Shown: piece by piece, positions 26,143 through 38,649 of the stretch | Position numbering within the stretch: the first letter of the stretch is position 1 | Layout: each line of letters opens with the position of its first letter | From: Atractiella rhizophila | Taxonomy: Eukaryota | Direction of reading: 5' to 3' | NCBI GenBank assembly: GCA_021432655.1 | Contig: MU271274.1 | Location: 1-64,000 of the forward strand | DNA length: 64,000 nt | Notes under the pieces: model-generated | Seen by the model: only the letters and a program-made list of their open reading frames with translations | Databases searched by the model: none | Told to the model about the DNA's origin: nothing | Translations under genes and position numbers: made by a program

Positions 26143-26483
26143 GTTGACTTGGTTGTTTTGGTGTTTGAAGTGATGCTCAAGGCTCGACTGTGGTTGTGGC
26201 GTTTTGTCCTTTGGGAATGGAGAACGGGGTGGATCCTTTTTGAAGGCTGAGATCTGCGCGCGCGAAGAAGCTGTATTTTGTCATGTGATTTACATGCGCA
26301 CCTTCTATAAAAGGCAATGATCACGTGCTTTCTGAGTTTTCATCAGCAAAACTCGTTAATTAGCCTTAACCTGCATCAACCGTCGCGTCCTCAAAAGGGT
26401 CCCATTCATGGTACAACACCCACTCTATTGTCACAACATCTCGCAGCCACTTCGACAAACACACAACCAACGCACCACTAAAC

Positions 26484-27098
26484 ATGCCTCCCAAGAGTAC
26501 TACAGCCAAACCTGCCTCTTCCGGTGGTAAGCCCGAAAACGCTCCAGTTCGAAAACGCGTCTCATGTTGTGATGCTTAGGAAAAGCTCCTCCAGCCTCGA
26601 CTGGTGGAAAAGCTGGCAAGGCACCTGCTAAGAAGTCGACTGGAGCAAAGAAGTCGACGAAACCTGCTGGAGAGGGAGGAGATAAGAAGAAGCGAAAGAA
26701 GAGCAGGAAGGAGTCTTAGTGCGTATCTTTCGCACATTAATCCAACCGGTGTTGATGGCTTCGTGATAAATAAAAGTGCCACCTATATCTACAAAGTCCT
26801 CAAGCAGGTCCATCCCGACACTGGTATCTCAAACAAGGGCATGATGATCCTTAACTCCTTTGTCAATGATATCTTCGAGCGTATTGGTGAGCTTCCTTAT
26901 TTCGTCTCCTTCCGCATGCTTACATTTGGGTCAGCTTCTGAGGCATCCAAGCTCGCGTCGTACAACAAGAAGTCGACCATCTCGTCTCGCGAGATCCAGA
27001 CAGCAGTCCGTCTCATCCTTCCTGGAGAGCTCTCCAAGCACGCAATTTCAGAGGGAACGAAGTCGGTTACCAAGTACTCTTCTCTGTCTGCGAAGTGA
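26484..27098 (+). CDS. HTB: Histone H2B (3 introns), divergently transcribed from H2A
   Basis: MPPK...[16 protein letters not shown]...[56 protein letters not shown]. Confidence 0.96.
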
Positions 27099-27237
27099 TA
27101 TCGCTTCTTGTCTATGATGTCCATAGTCCCATTTTATGGTCCATATGTCGTTACCCTTCGTCCCCTTCTTGATATGTGTTATTGTAATTTGATACATGCT
27201 ATCTCATACATTTAGTTGCAGTCCTCCACATATCACA

Positions 27238-30200
27238 TCAGTCTACTAGAAAGTCCTTGCGACATACAGGGCAGAGATGGTTCCCTTTCCGTACAGAATT
27301 ATTCAAACAAGAAGCGTGAAAGATCTACTCCCATCCTCAGCCATCATTTCAACAGGAGGAAGAAACGTACATGGAAACATCCTGGAACGATATACGCGAG
27401 TTCAGCAGGCTTGAATTGCGACAGGCATATCTAGCGGTTCGACCAGTATTCAGCATCCACAGCTCACTAAAGGAAAAGAGGGCTTACGCTGCATTTATTG
27501 CAAGCGACACCAGCAACCGAAAGCTTTTGTTTCACCTCTCCTTCCTTCGTTATCCTCTTCCTCTCACATTCCACAGCTCCGAGCATCAGCTTCTCGAATG
27601 CATCTTCTGGCTTAAACGGAGGTCGCGCGTCACCCATAATCTCTCCAAAGGTCAGAAGTTGCTACAACACAAGTTTAGCTCGGCGTGACATGAAAGAGAA
27701 ATGCCAACATCGTAGTTTTCCCCTTGGTTCTCCTCGTCTAATCCGGAGAGCAGAACGTCCAGTTCCGTGATTTCGAAAGAATCTTGACGTGGAGGTCTTG
27801 TCGAACTTTCTCCTGGAGGAGAAGCATTTCGTGGTATTGGAGGAGGTATTGAGCTGGAAGGAGTGGTTGAACGCTCCAGGGCTGGTGGGAGATGCGGGGG
27901 AAGGTCCACGAGTTGCTCTCCTTCTTGCATCTGCTTTGAACCAATGTAACTCACACCTTCCTGATTTCCGTGGGAAGGCATAGGTGTCATTGAAAGAGCA
28001 TCTAGTTGATCAACTGGGAAACGGTCCGACGAAGTCTGTAGGGAAGAGGATGGTTGTGAGCTCTTCTCAGTCTCCAGCTGAATTTCTCCCCGAAGGACTC
28101 TTCGGTCCTCGTGCTCGGATCCACGTCGTGATGACGGTTGGGAAGAAGGGTTGACTGTAAAAGAGGAAGAAGCCGACAGAATAGGTCGAGTAACGGCTGG
28201 TTGCTGGAGAGACTGCGTCGATCCAAACAGTGCCGTTTCGGACGGTCCAGCCTTGCTTCCATCTATGACCGCAGGGACAGATGTTGGTAAGGGGGTTGAC
28301 GGCTGGTGCTGAAGTAACGTCCAAGATGAACCAAAGAGAGGTACCTCAGTGGCGCGCTCTAACGCTTCTCCTGCCGTTGTGCATAATGCTGGCGAGGGCT
28401 CCGAGGATACTTCGCGAGAACGTGGACGTGGCGGTAATGGTGGCGGCTGTGGTTCTACAGACGCAAAAGAGTCTGTCCGATGCTCCGACGTGGATGGTTG
28501 GATAAGTTCTGACGATGCTTGTACAACAGGAAATGGTGTCTCTGGAGCTACAATGGGAACGGCGTTTCCTTCTGATATACCGCCTAGTGCTGATGTTGAT
28601 GTTGACAATGGCCTAGTAGGTTCAAATTGAGAAATAAGAGCTTTGACACTCCTCCCTGAAGCCAACTCTTTGGTTGTCGGTGTTCTGTGAAGCTCCTGAG
28701 CAGGCTCTAGCGGGTCTTGTAGCTTCGCTTTTTCGTCAGACGAAATATAGGTGAGAATGGAAGGATTGACGATGTGAGGCTGCTCATAGATTGAGCGTAT
28801 GCGATTGACCCTGCTGTCTCTGTTGCTTCGCAACCTTCTCAGACCTTCCTGCACGTCTTCCGGAGGTAGTCGACGACGAGAAGGAGGGATGGGAGGCGGT
28901 CGCCTTGTGCGCTTGAGATTCGCTTGCTCGAAGAGTGGAGTATGGATAGTTTCAGAGCGAGTTGGTGGAACTTCCGGAAGGGTGCCCTCGTTCCTACTAC
29001 TTGAAGATGCTTCATCTAGAGAGAAGAGCGCTGCCTGTTTCGCAAGTCGCGCTTCCAAAGCTGCGAGTGGGCTCATTTGAGTAGACCTAGAATCTTCAGT
29101 CACCGTCTGTCTAGAGGGTGCACCTAGCAAGACACTCGCAGTCCTCCAGGAAGGCGCGGCTGTAGGAGTCAAGGATCCCTGCGCTAGAGAAGCACCAGTA
29201 GTGGAAACGTCAGTGTCGATTGTACCGGTTGGTGTCTTCGGGATGTTGTTATGATCGGCAGTAGAGGAGGATAGACGGGAAGCAATGATCATAGGAGATT
29301 CTGCTACAGCCGTAGTTGGTGGCGATGGACTCAAAGCAGGAGCTAATTCCACGCTTTCTCGAACGGGACTCGCTGATGTTGGAGGTGGAGGAATGCTTGA
29401 AAGCTCCGTTAGATGCTCGAGAAAGACCTCGCGAATAGCTTGACCGTCCTCCTCCTCCGATTTGGACACTGGCAGTGGAGTTGCATGGTCTTCTACCATT
29501 GGGGCGATAGCATTAGCAAGCGGCGAAACTGACACATCCGAGTTTGCTAAAGCTGTGGCAGGATTGTTAGAAGAAGAATGTGTAGGTTGTTTGTCTGGTG
29601 AAGGGAGTGCAGCTGGATCGTCCTCAGGTATCTCTGGCGTAGAGTCTGGTGCGACAGTCCTTTCTTTCGAGGGTGGAACAGGGCTCCGTTGGACTTTGGA
29701 CGATGTGGACAGAAGAAAAGCCGCCAGACGTCGGTCACGATCTCTCGCTATGCGCTCGGAATCGGTAAAAGCTCCTGACCTTCTATCTTCTTCCCAGGCT
29801 ATTGACAATGGATCGGAAGGTGCAGCATCATCCGCTTCATCTTCTGATGACTGTCCAGACTCCTCACGAAGCTGATTGTTTGCGGAAAAGTCGGATTCGA
29901 CAGAGGGAAATTGAGACAAGATGGGAGATGGTGGCCGTGACCTAAAAGTTGGAGGAGGTGAAGAAGGAATTGGTATTACTGCTTCTTCGTATTCGCCTGT
30001 CGCGATCTCCATGCGACGTCGAGCTTGAGGTGGCGCAGCTTCCAAGGCTGGTGAAAAAGCCGGCAGACTTTCCGAATCCATCGAAGGGTCAGGTATTCCT
30101 AAATAAAACATCAGATAATCTTCTTTTTTGGTGTGCATGCTCACCGTCCCAAATATCGATTCTGCTACGTTCTATTTGTGACATGTGCCGCCTCCTCTGC

Positions 30201-30610
30201 TCATCCTCTGCACTTACACGCTCAGATTGCACCGCCCAAGTCCTCCCATTTTCTCCTTCGCGCATCAAAATCACACTTGGCCGTTCCGGCGCAATAGGTA
30301 AGCTGGCATTCAGAGTTCTGGTTATCTCCTCCTCGGAATCTGAAGACCCATCCTCCTCGCGACCAGAGGCAGTTGAAGCTCGCTGATGTTGACGAGGAGA
30401 AGCTGGCATCTGGAGCGAAGAAGAACCCATATCGACATTCAGCCGGGATGTTGAAGCTAGAGGACCGGGCTGAACGAGCGTCGAAGTATTTCGCGAGTTC
30501 GCATTGGAATCTCGGATGCTTTCGCGCGACCATGTCGAATCGGATTCTCTATATTTGAGCCTTGTCTTTCCCTTTCCCTTGCCGCTGTCAGATTCACGAC
30601 GCTTGCCCAT
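27238..30610 (-). CDS. RING-H2 E3 ubiquitin ligase with long disordered Ser/Pro-rich N-terminus
   Basis: Last exons encode C..CLSQF...GCFH-IFHASC...CPVCRKDFLVD*; intron near 30143-30100 joins ORFs 30610-30089 and 30144-27652. Confidence 0.8.
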
Positions 30611-31202
30611 GTTCTCCGGTGCTGTTAGGGTTAATGCCCCATGATGGCGGACAAGGTGGGTGAGGTAGGGTGCTTCTTGGGAGCTAGTTGATGGGACGGG
30701 AGAGGCTAGGGGTCAGGGTTGTCAGCATTGATACAAGCTTAGGTCCTCGCAAGAGGAGACCTGTAAAACTACATGGGAACCGTCCAACATAGCGCAAGTT
30801 TGTGCCTTGCAACATGTATGAAATTGAAGGCGCTAATTTGTGCAACAGAACGACAACATGGGGATAGAAACCAGGCGCTGGACTCCAGCGCTAGGATGAG
30901 ACTGATAAGCCCAAATGCAGGTATCCCGTTACTCTCCGTACCCTCCCAATCCTTCGCGGCAGACAGTACTTACACTTGCCAGACGTCCTCAATCTTTGCT
31001 TCTCCTTTGCCTTCCTATTCTTTGGCCTCTCCATCCTGCAGTCCCCATTTATACTCGATCTCGCTGCTAATGACGATGACGATGTGGTTGGTTGATAATT
31101 GCCACTATTTGGCTTAAGGCCTCAGGCACGTGAGGTAATGTAACTTCATTTCTTTTACATGCTTGGAGTGGTGTTACAATGGTCTAGAGGCAGGAAGCCC
31201 TT

Positions 31203-33165
31203 TCAATCCATGTGGTTTCGTAGGTTCCCGAATTTGGAATTGGGAAAGTGGAGGTGATTTGGACGTTGATCGAGATTGTTGAACATATGCTATTGATACC
31301 AATGAATTATTGCTGCTTAGAAGTGTGTAGAGGCGCAGGGAAGTAGATGCTTACATGCACAGCAGGTACGATTGCTTCTTCATCTGTTCTGTCTCCACTG
31401 AACACATTGTTAGTCCATAATCGCTCGACACGAGGGCAACGAACCTCAGTTCCCAATACATAGCCCCTCCCAAACCTCTCTGCATGATGTATTGACTCTG
31501 ACCGGACCATGAGCATTCCCTACTGCAGTTGAGCAAAGGACGTACCTTCTGACGGGCGATAGCAACCGTATCGTAAGAGACAAACTCTTCCCCATTACCT
31601 TTCATGCACCAGCTGGCTGCAATATTATGATCGTGTTGTACATTCGCTCCGGGTAGCGGCAACGCCTTGAATGAGAATCACATCAGTTGTAAATTAATGT
31701 AGAAACAGCGAGCACGGAACGCTCACCTTGTAATCATAGATGCCAGCCTCCCAAGATCCTTGTCCTACTCCCTGATAAGGCTGTCCCGGTCCGCCTGTAT
31801 TCAGAAACGATCTTCCATAAAGTGGGATACCTTGGTCACCTTTCAATATACATCCCACTCCTGCAGGATGAGACAAGAACATACCTATAACAAGCTTGGA
31901 TGGCGAGACGCCTTGCGAACTGTACCATTGGACGGCGCGGTCGGTTGAGATCTCCTCTGGGCCTCCGAAAAGTTTTGCTTGATGACCAGCATTGGAATCC
32001 CATGATCCTACACCAATTATGCGTTGCTTAACGTGAGTATGACCATTCCATCTGGACTAGACAGAGACGAACCGGCGTAGTCGTACCTATCAGCTCCAAC
32101 GATCAACAGATTGTTGCACGAGAGAGGCAGCAAGAACGTACGCCATGAGATTCCAGAATGAGAGGTACTGATCCATCTCTCTCACGCGAAAAGGAGCATA
32201 ACTACTAGGCCCGCAAGGCTGTAAATGGGCCAAACAAGAAGCTCTTCAGCGTTACTAGAACACAAATCAAGCTGGACGGGAGACGCACTGCGGCAATCGT
32301 AAGTTCATAACCCGTTCCCGACTGCGTATATTCCCCTTTAGATGCAGCATACGCATCGAGCTCAAGCCTACAAGCCCTGAGAAGCTCGACGTAGTTCCAA
32401 GCCTCTTGATCGTCTTTTGGATACTCCCTATCGCAGAAAGGACATTCAATGAAAAAGCTTTGAGAATGAGATGAAAAGGTAAACCAGTCAATGTCTATTC
32501 CATCCAGCCCATAATCTTCCACTAGCTTTACGGCAGAACGAGCGAACGTTGCACGGTTCTCTGGCGTGCTTGCTGCCCCTGCGAAATTTGGCGAATAGGA
32601 CTTTTAACACCTAATCAATATAAGTGTTATGTCAAAGAGCATGCTTACCCATCCACCGATTGAGAGCAACACCTTGAGATGGCTAAAGCGACATGAGTGG
32701 ACAGGTTTTCCAGAAGAGAAGCAGGCGAACCGATACTGCTTCTTGAGAAGGTAGATGGCTTTGAAGTTACCATATAAATTAGTCGCGCCATCATCGTCCC
32801 ATTTGTCTCCTTCGTAGTGAATTTGTTCATCTGAGATGCAGAGGAGCATCAATTCCTCCATCTCCAGCGGATAGAACAAACTCGCCAGCCCAAGCGTCCT
32901 ATATTTATCATCAGCCAATATGAAGTGATGCTTCAACAAATACCCACACTTAGATAAACCTCTCCAGACTCTGGCCGTACGTTCGCGAATGAGTACAAGA
33001 TGTGGGAGAGGTGCTGGGCTGGGATTTGCGGTGGTTTGAAGCTCCTTGCATAGATTCCTTCAGTTACTACGTCAGCCTCTGTTGATCCCAGAGCGACAAA
33101 AGCTCACCCCAATTGACAAAGTATCCCACCTGCACCGGACCACCAGGTCTAGGAACGTTGCTCAT
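31203..33165 (-). CDS. GH18 chitinase, no signal peptide, many short exons (copy 1)
   Basis: [19 protein letters not shown] start, [19 protein letters not shown] catalytic motif, [16 protein letters not shown], ends [11 protein letters not shown]. Confidence 0.9.
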
Positions 33166-33209
33166 CTCTTTGGCGTCAGTATTTGGCTGGAAAGCCGATT
33201 GAAGCCCTT

Positions 33210-35171
33210 TCAATCCATGTGGTTTCGTAGGTTCCCGAATTTGGAATTGGGAAAGTGGAGGTGATTTGGACGTTGATCGAGATTGTTGAACATATGCTAT
33301 TGACCAATGAATTATTGCTGCTTAGAAGTGTGCAGAGGCGCAGGGAAGTAGATGCTTACATGCACAGCAGGTACGATTGCTTCTTCATCTGTTCTGTCTC
33401 CACTGAACACATTGTTAGTCCATAATCGCTCGACACTAGGGCAACGAACCTCAGTTCCCAATACATAGCCCCTCCCAAAGCTCTCTGCATGATGTATTGA
33501 CTCTGACCAGACCATGAGCGTTCTCTACTGCAGTTGAGCAAAGGGCGTACCTTCTGACGGGCGATGGCAACCGTATCGTAAGAGACAAACTCTTCCCCAT
33601 TACCTTTCATGCACCAGCTGGCTGCAATATTATGATCGTGTTGTACATTCGCTCCGGGTAGCGGCAACGCCTTGAATGAGAATCACATCAGTTGTAAATT
33701 AATGTAGAAACAGCGAGCACGGAACGCTCACCTTGTAATCATAGATGCCAGCCTCCCAAGATCCTTGTCCTACTCCCTGATAAGGCTGTCCCGGTCCGCC
33801 TGTATTCAGAAACGATCTTCCATAAAGTGGGATACCTTGGTCACCTTTCAATATACATCCCACTCCTGCAGGATGAGACAAGAACATACCTATAACAAGC
33901 TTGGATGGCGAGACGCCTTGCGAACTGTACCATTGGACGGCGCGGTCGGTTGAGATCTCTTCTGGGCCTCCGAAAAGTTTTGCTTGATGACCAGCATTGG
34001 AATCCCATGATCCTATACCAATTATGCGTTGTTTCAACATGAGTATGACTATTCTATCTGGACTAGACAGAGACGAACCGGCGTAGTCGTACCTATCAGC
34101 TCCAACCGTCAACAGATTGTTGCACGAGAGAGGCAGCAAGAACGTACGCCATGAGATTCCAGAATGAGAGGTACTGATCCATCTCTCTCACGCGAAAAGG
34201 AGCATAACTACTAGGCCCGCAAGGCTGTAAATGGGCCAAACAAGAAGCTCTTCAGCGTTACTAGAACACAAATCAAGCTGGACGGGAGACGCACTGCGGC
34301 AATCGTAAGTTCATAACCAGTTCCCGATTGCGTATATTCCCCTTTAGATGCAGCATACGCATCGAGCTCAAGCCTACAAGCCCTGAGAAGCTCGACGTAG
34401 TTCCAAGCCTCTTGATCGTCTTTTGGATACTCCCTATCGCAGAAAGGACATTCAATGACAAAGCTTTGATAATGAGATGAAAAGGTAAACCAGTCGATGT
34501 CTATTCCATCCAGCCCATAATCTTCCACTAGCTTTACGGCAGAACGAGCGAACGTTGCACGGTTCTCTGGCGTGCTTGCTGCCCCTGCGAAATTTGGCGA
34601 ATAGGACTTTTAACACCTAATCAATATAAGTGTTATGTCAAAGAGCATGCTTACCCATCCACCGATTGAGAGCAACACCTTGAGATGGCTAAAGTGACAT
34701 GAGTGAACAGATTTGCTAGAAGAGAAGCAGGCGAACCGATACTGCTTCTTGAGAAGATAGATGGCTTTGAAGTTACCATATAAATTAGTCGCGCCATCAT
34801 CGTCCCATTTGTCTCCTTCGTAGTGAATTTGTTCATCTGAGATGCAGAGGAGCATCAATTCCTCCATCTCCGGCGGATAGAACAAACTCGCCAGCCCAAG
34901 CGTCCTATATTTATCATCAGCCAATATGAAGTGATGCTTCAACAAATACCCACACTTAGATAAACCTCTCCAGACTCTGGCCGTACGTTCGCGAATGAGT
35001 ACAAGATGTGGGAGAGGTGCTGGGCTGGGATTTGCGGTGGTTTGAAGCTCCTTGCATAGATTCCTTCAGTTACTACGTCAGCCTCTGTTGATCCCAGAGC
35101 GACAAAAGCTCACCCCAATTGACAAAGTATCCCACCTGCACCGGACCACCAGGTCTAGGAACGTTGCTCAT
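33210..35171 (-). CDS. GH18 chitinase (copy 2, near-identical to copy 1)
   Basis: Same exon structure and motifs as 31203-33165, offset by 2006-2007 bp. Confidence 0.88.
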
Positions 35172-35208
35172 CTCTTTGGCGTCAGTATTTGGCTGGAAAG
35201 CCGATTGA

Positions 35209-35817
35209 ACCCTTACGGCTACTGGAGAGGGAGGATTGGAGGAGTTCAAATCGAAATTAGATGACAGTAAGGGATCTTATGGTTATTGCAGAATTGTGAG
35301 TCCCCCTTTGCGCTTAGAGGAAGAGAGGAGGAAGCGGAAAGTCTGTGGATCGCCTCAATGATGCGAGCGAGCCTTGATCACTCGCGAAGGGGGATACTCT
35401 CATCTTCGACTGCTGCACGCTTGTGCTCATACTCATTTGCAATGTCTCTTTCGATAAACGACAGGAATATGCCAATGACGAAGAATCAAAACGATCGAAA
35501 TTTATTTTGGTCACATGGATTGGATCTAATGTGAAAGTCATGCGGAAAGCTCGAATGGGCGTCCACATCGTGAGTGATCATCGCTTACTCTCGCTCTCTG
35601 AGGTTAAATGCATTCTTTGTTTGCAGTCAGACGTAAAGCAAACGCTTCGACAATACTCTTTAGATGTTGCTGCGTCCTCCGCCGACGATTTGCAGGAAGA
35701 TCCCATTGTGGTCAGGTTGAGGAAGGCGGGAGGTGCGTTTTGCATTAGCTTTCTTATCAATCATCACCCCACCAACAAAACTTTGGTGGCACAGGTGCGA
35801 GTTATGATAAAGTTTGA
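35209..35817 (+). pseudogene. Coactosin-like ADF-H protein, 5'-truncated in this sequence
   Basis: Exons give TLTATGEGGLEEFKSKLDDSKGSYGYCRI-EYANDEESKRSKFILVTWIG..VMRKAR...RLRKAGGASYDKV*; in-frame TGA at 35206-35208 directly upstream and no ATG or splice acceptor between. Confidence 0.75.
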
Positions 35818-36037
35818 GCTGGGCTATATGATTCGGGACTGGATTGGAAAAGTGCATTGATGTGTTGACTCTCATTGTTCGTTTGTGACATCTTCTGGAA
35901 TTGGTCATCGTATTGTTCCATCTCACCTACACAATCCATGCGAAATTTAACAGAAAGTAACGCAAATTTACAAGGAACCAAGAGTATTCCTTTCGTGTCA
36001 ACATAAGTACACACAAAACTAATTAGACAACGCGGAC

Positions 36038-36996
36038 CTAACAAACGACGCATTTGTCGACACACTCCTCAGTCTTAAACAACTGCTCTTCTCCGGTCTC
36101 GAACAAGAAGATCCTCGCGTTCGACGTTTTCAAAGCGATGGAGTCTGAGTTCTTCTCATCTACTTGAGGCTGTCCATGGCCTCCTTTAGGCTTGATTGTC
36201 CCCGTGCCCTCACCTCCATCGACATGCCAAAGAAGCATGCGATCTTTGATTGCAGGCGAAGGGACAAATTTGGCGTTGGATGTCTTGTAAGAAAATGCTC
36301 CCTGAAAGTCAGGCGGAATCGCCACTTTGATTTGAGCTGAACCACATATCAGCTGGCAGCAAGGAGTACAGATTTCAATCAACCTACCATTCGAAGTAGA
36401 CACTCTAAAATCAACTGTCACTTGAGGATCCCTTGAGTGCTGCGCAGACAAATATGTCAGCAAAAAGGGGGAATGTCAAACCTTTGAACACTCACCAGCT
36501 CTCCGCAAACGGAGGCGTTGGAAGTGTGCAAAACTATGATGCTCCTCCCCTTCTTCTCTGGCTCCTTCACAATAAACCTCGCGGCGATTGAGCCATTCGA
36601 GGTTGTGTAGTAGGCCGACGTGTTGAATTCAGGCGGAGGGAAATCTTTGCCTTTGAAAGGACCATGGCTTGGCGGTCCAGGGAAGGGAGGTTGATGGACC
36701 GAAGGATCGAGAATGAAGGATCCTTCGATTGAGCGATTCGAATAGGATTGGCGGATATGGGCCAACGCGGCCTGCGTGGGCTTGAAAGGGTCCTGAGCCG
36801 CAGCCGAGGAAGTGGAGCCATCGGGTGCTGTGGTAGAATCCGAATTGCTAGTAGATTCCTCGTAAGAAGGCAGTTCTGGTCCTCTTTCTCCAGCATCTAG
36901 TCCCACAGGTCAGAAATGTTGGATTGAGGGAGAAGAAGGGTTGCCTGTTGCCACTTCGTGTGCCATTATCTTTGTCCCGTCTTCAGAAATGATCAT
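36038..36996 (-). CDS. Hypothetical beta-repeat protein (repeated TSNG/TSNA, adhesin/DUF-like) with C-terminal CaaX-like CVVC
   Basis: MIISED...LPSYEE start, five T/S-T-S-N-G/A repeats, ends ECVDKCVVC*; first intron probably GC-AG, so start is less certain. Confidence 0.62.
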
Positions 36997-37531
36997 GGCG
37001 TAAGATTGTCAGTGTGCACCTATAAAGGTTGAGGATTCTGGAAGCTATTAGGCTTTTAGGGGAAGCGACTCACGGTCGAGCCTAGCTGAGGCAATGAAGA
37101 ACTGGCGCAAAGGCGTCGAAAGAGCGACCGGGACCCTGAGTCATGCATTGAGTGAACTACGGCGTGACTACGCACACTATGCCGTACACTAAGCATCAGG
37201 CAAAAAGTCACGAGCATGATTCTCGTTCGCTGCGTGTCGCGTTCAAGTGAGAATGTGAAAACCGACAGCAAGAGGCGCTTGGAGGTTTCGAGAGGGCGTC
37301 AGGGGTCCTTTGAAGTCCATGAGCACGAGATGTGACTCAGTTCAAGTCGAGGACGAGTCAGGGCTGGAAAAAGCTAGTCATGCTCTCGTGCGCAAAGTCA
37401 CGCCTGCACGTATTCTGACTTGCAAGCTGGGTAAAGCTCGTACCTCTCGTCGAGAAGACCAACCTATAAGAATGTTCTCCAAGTCCTCAGGATTCCCCAG
37501 AAATTCAACCATCATCTCCAACTCCAGCTTC

Positions 37532-38002
37532 ATGTTTGCCTACATCGAATCTTCAATGAACCCGTTCGACGAACTCTACTTCTTCTATCTTGGACGCCTG
37601 TACACGGCAACAGAATGGGACGCAATTCTGAACTCTGGTCGAGGGTCAGTCAACGCAATAGCCATACTCTTCCCAGCAGGCTCTTATAACAGAGTCGTCG
37701 ACCAGCGAGGGATAGAGCTCTACCCAATCGAGTATGTTATTCCATTACATAATTCTGACCCTTTCTGACTTTTTCTAGTGGTAACCCTTGGTTGTTCGGG
37801 CAAGACTGCCCTTGCGGTCGATTCCAAATTGGACCACATAAGCGACCAGCTGCCATTCGTATGTGTTCCCCCTGATATATGACTTGTGCTAACGTAACAT
37901 TGGGGAGCAGGAGAACACATAATCTACTGTCAACTTCGATATCAAATCCTAGGATCCAGGGACCCAATAAAACGCCTGTGCGAATGCTGGTCTGGACTGT
38001 AA
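37532..38002 (+). CDS. Small uncharacterised ~123-aa protein with CPC-x16-H-x3-C motif (paralog B), 3 exons
   Basis: Exons 37532-37731, 37779-37858, 37911-38002 (372 nt, in frame); GTATGT donors and CTGAC/CTAAC branch sites; TATAAG at about 37465; alternative ATG at 37472. Confidence 0.65.
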
Positions 38003-38649
38003 TCCCACTTCCCCTTCCCGTCGCATCATCCTCCCCATTTGCAGATATACATCCACTCAACTCCACGCTAAATCGCATTTCGTCACGACGTAGTCTTCGG
38101 AACCAAGCAGTTTGATATGACTGATAAGCAAATACTTGTACTTCACTTTCAAACGTTGTCAAACACATTGTTCCAACACTGCTGTTTCTGTTTATAGGAT
38201 TCTTGTCTAACTTCATCAAAACATGGTCTGAAGTTTCAATATTCAATGTTGCAAAATTTAGTCCATTCCTCTGTTACATTCAAATACAATACTTGAGCCT
38301 GAGTTCGGCTCCCATTTCATCATTCAGTTTCTTGTCAAGATACGCTTACTTAATACTCTAATCTATGTATGTATTTTAATGGACATCAATCGTATGACCA
38401 TTGTAGACCGAATCCAAGGTTTGAGGTGAGAAGCGACGACAGTTTGGATAGTGTAGCATATACAGACCCCTTGCAACTACGTTTAGTTTCCAGCAGAATG
38501 ATGGGTAAAGAAAACAGAGTATTATGATTGCAAAGAGCGGAATTCTAAAATGAGCGTAGGAATAAGTCCATTTCAAAGTCCGTTGGCCCAAATAGTCCCT
38601 CTACACTATCCCAAAAGCTTTCACAGGGCTTCAAATCAAAGAACAAACA

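Larger units (their letters stand above)
31194..35209. repeat. Direct tandem duplication of ~2.0 kb (31194-33203 and 33201-35209)
   Basis: Near-identical units with about 30 small differences counted by eye; units share GAA at the junction (33201-33203). Confidence 0.95.

Noticed and set aside
33166..33212. In-frame fusion of the two chitinases into a double-domain protein
   Set aside because: Copy 2 ends NHMD-TGA and the 44-bp spacer is not a multiple of three
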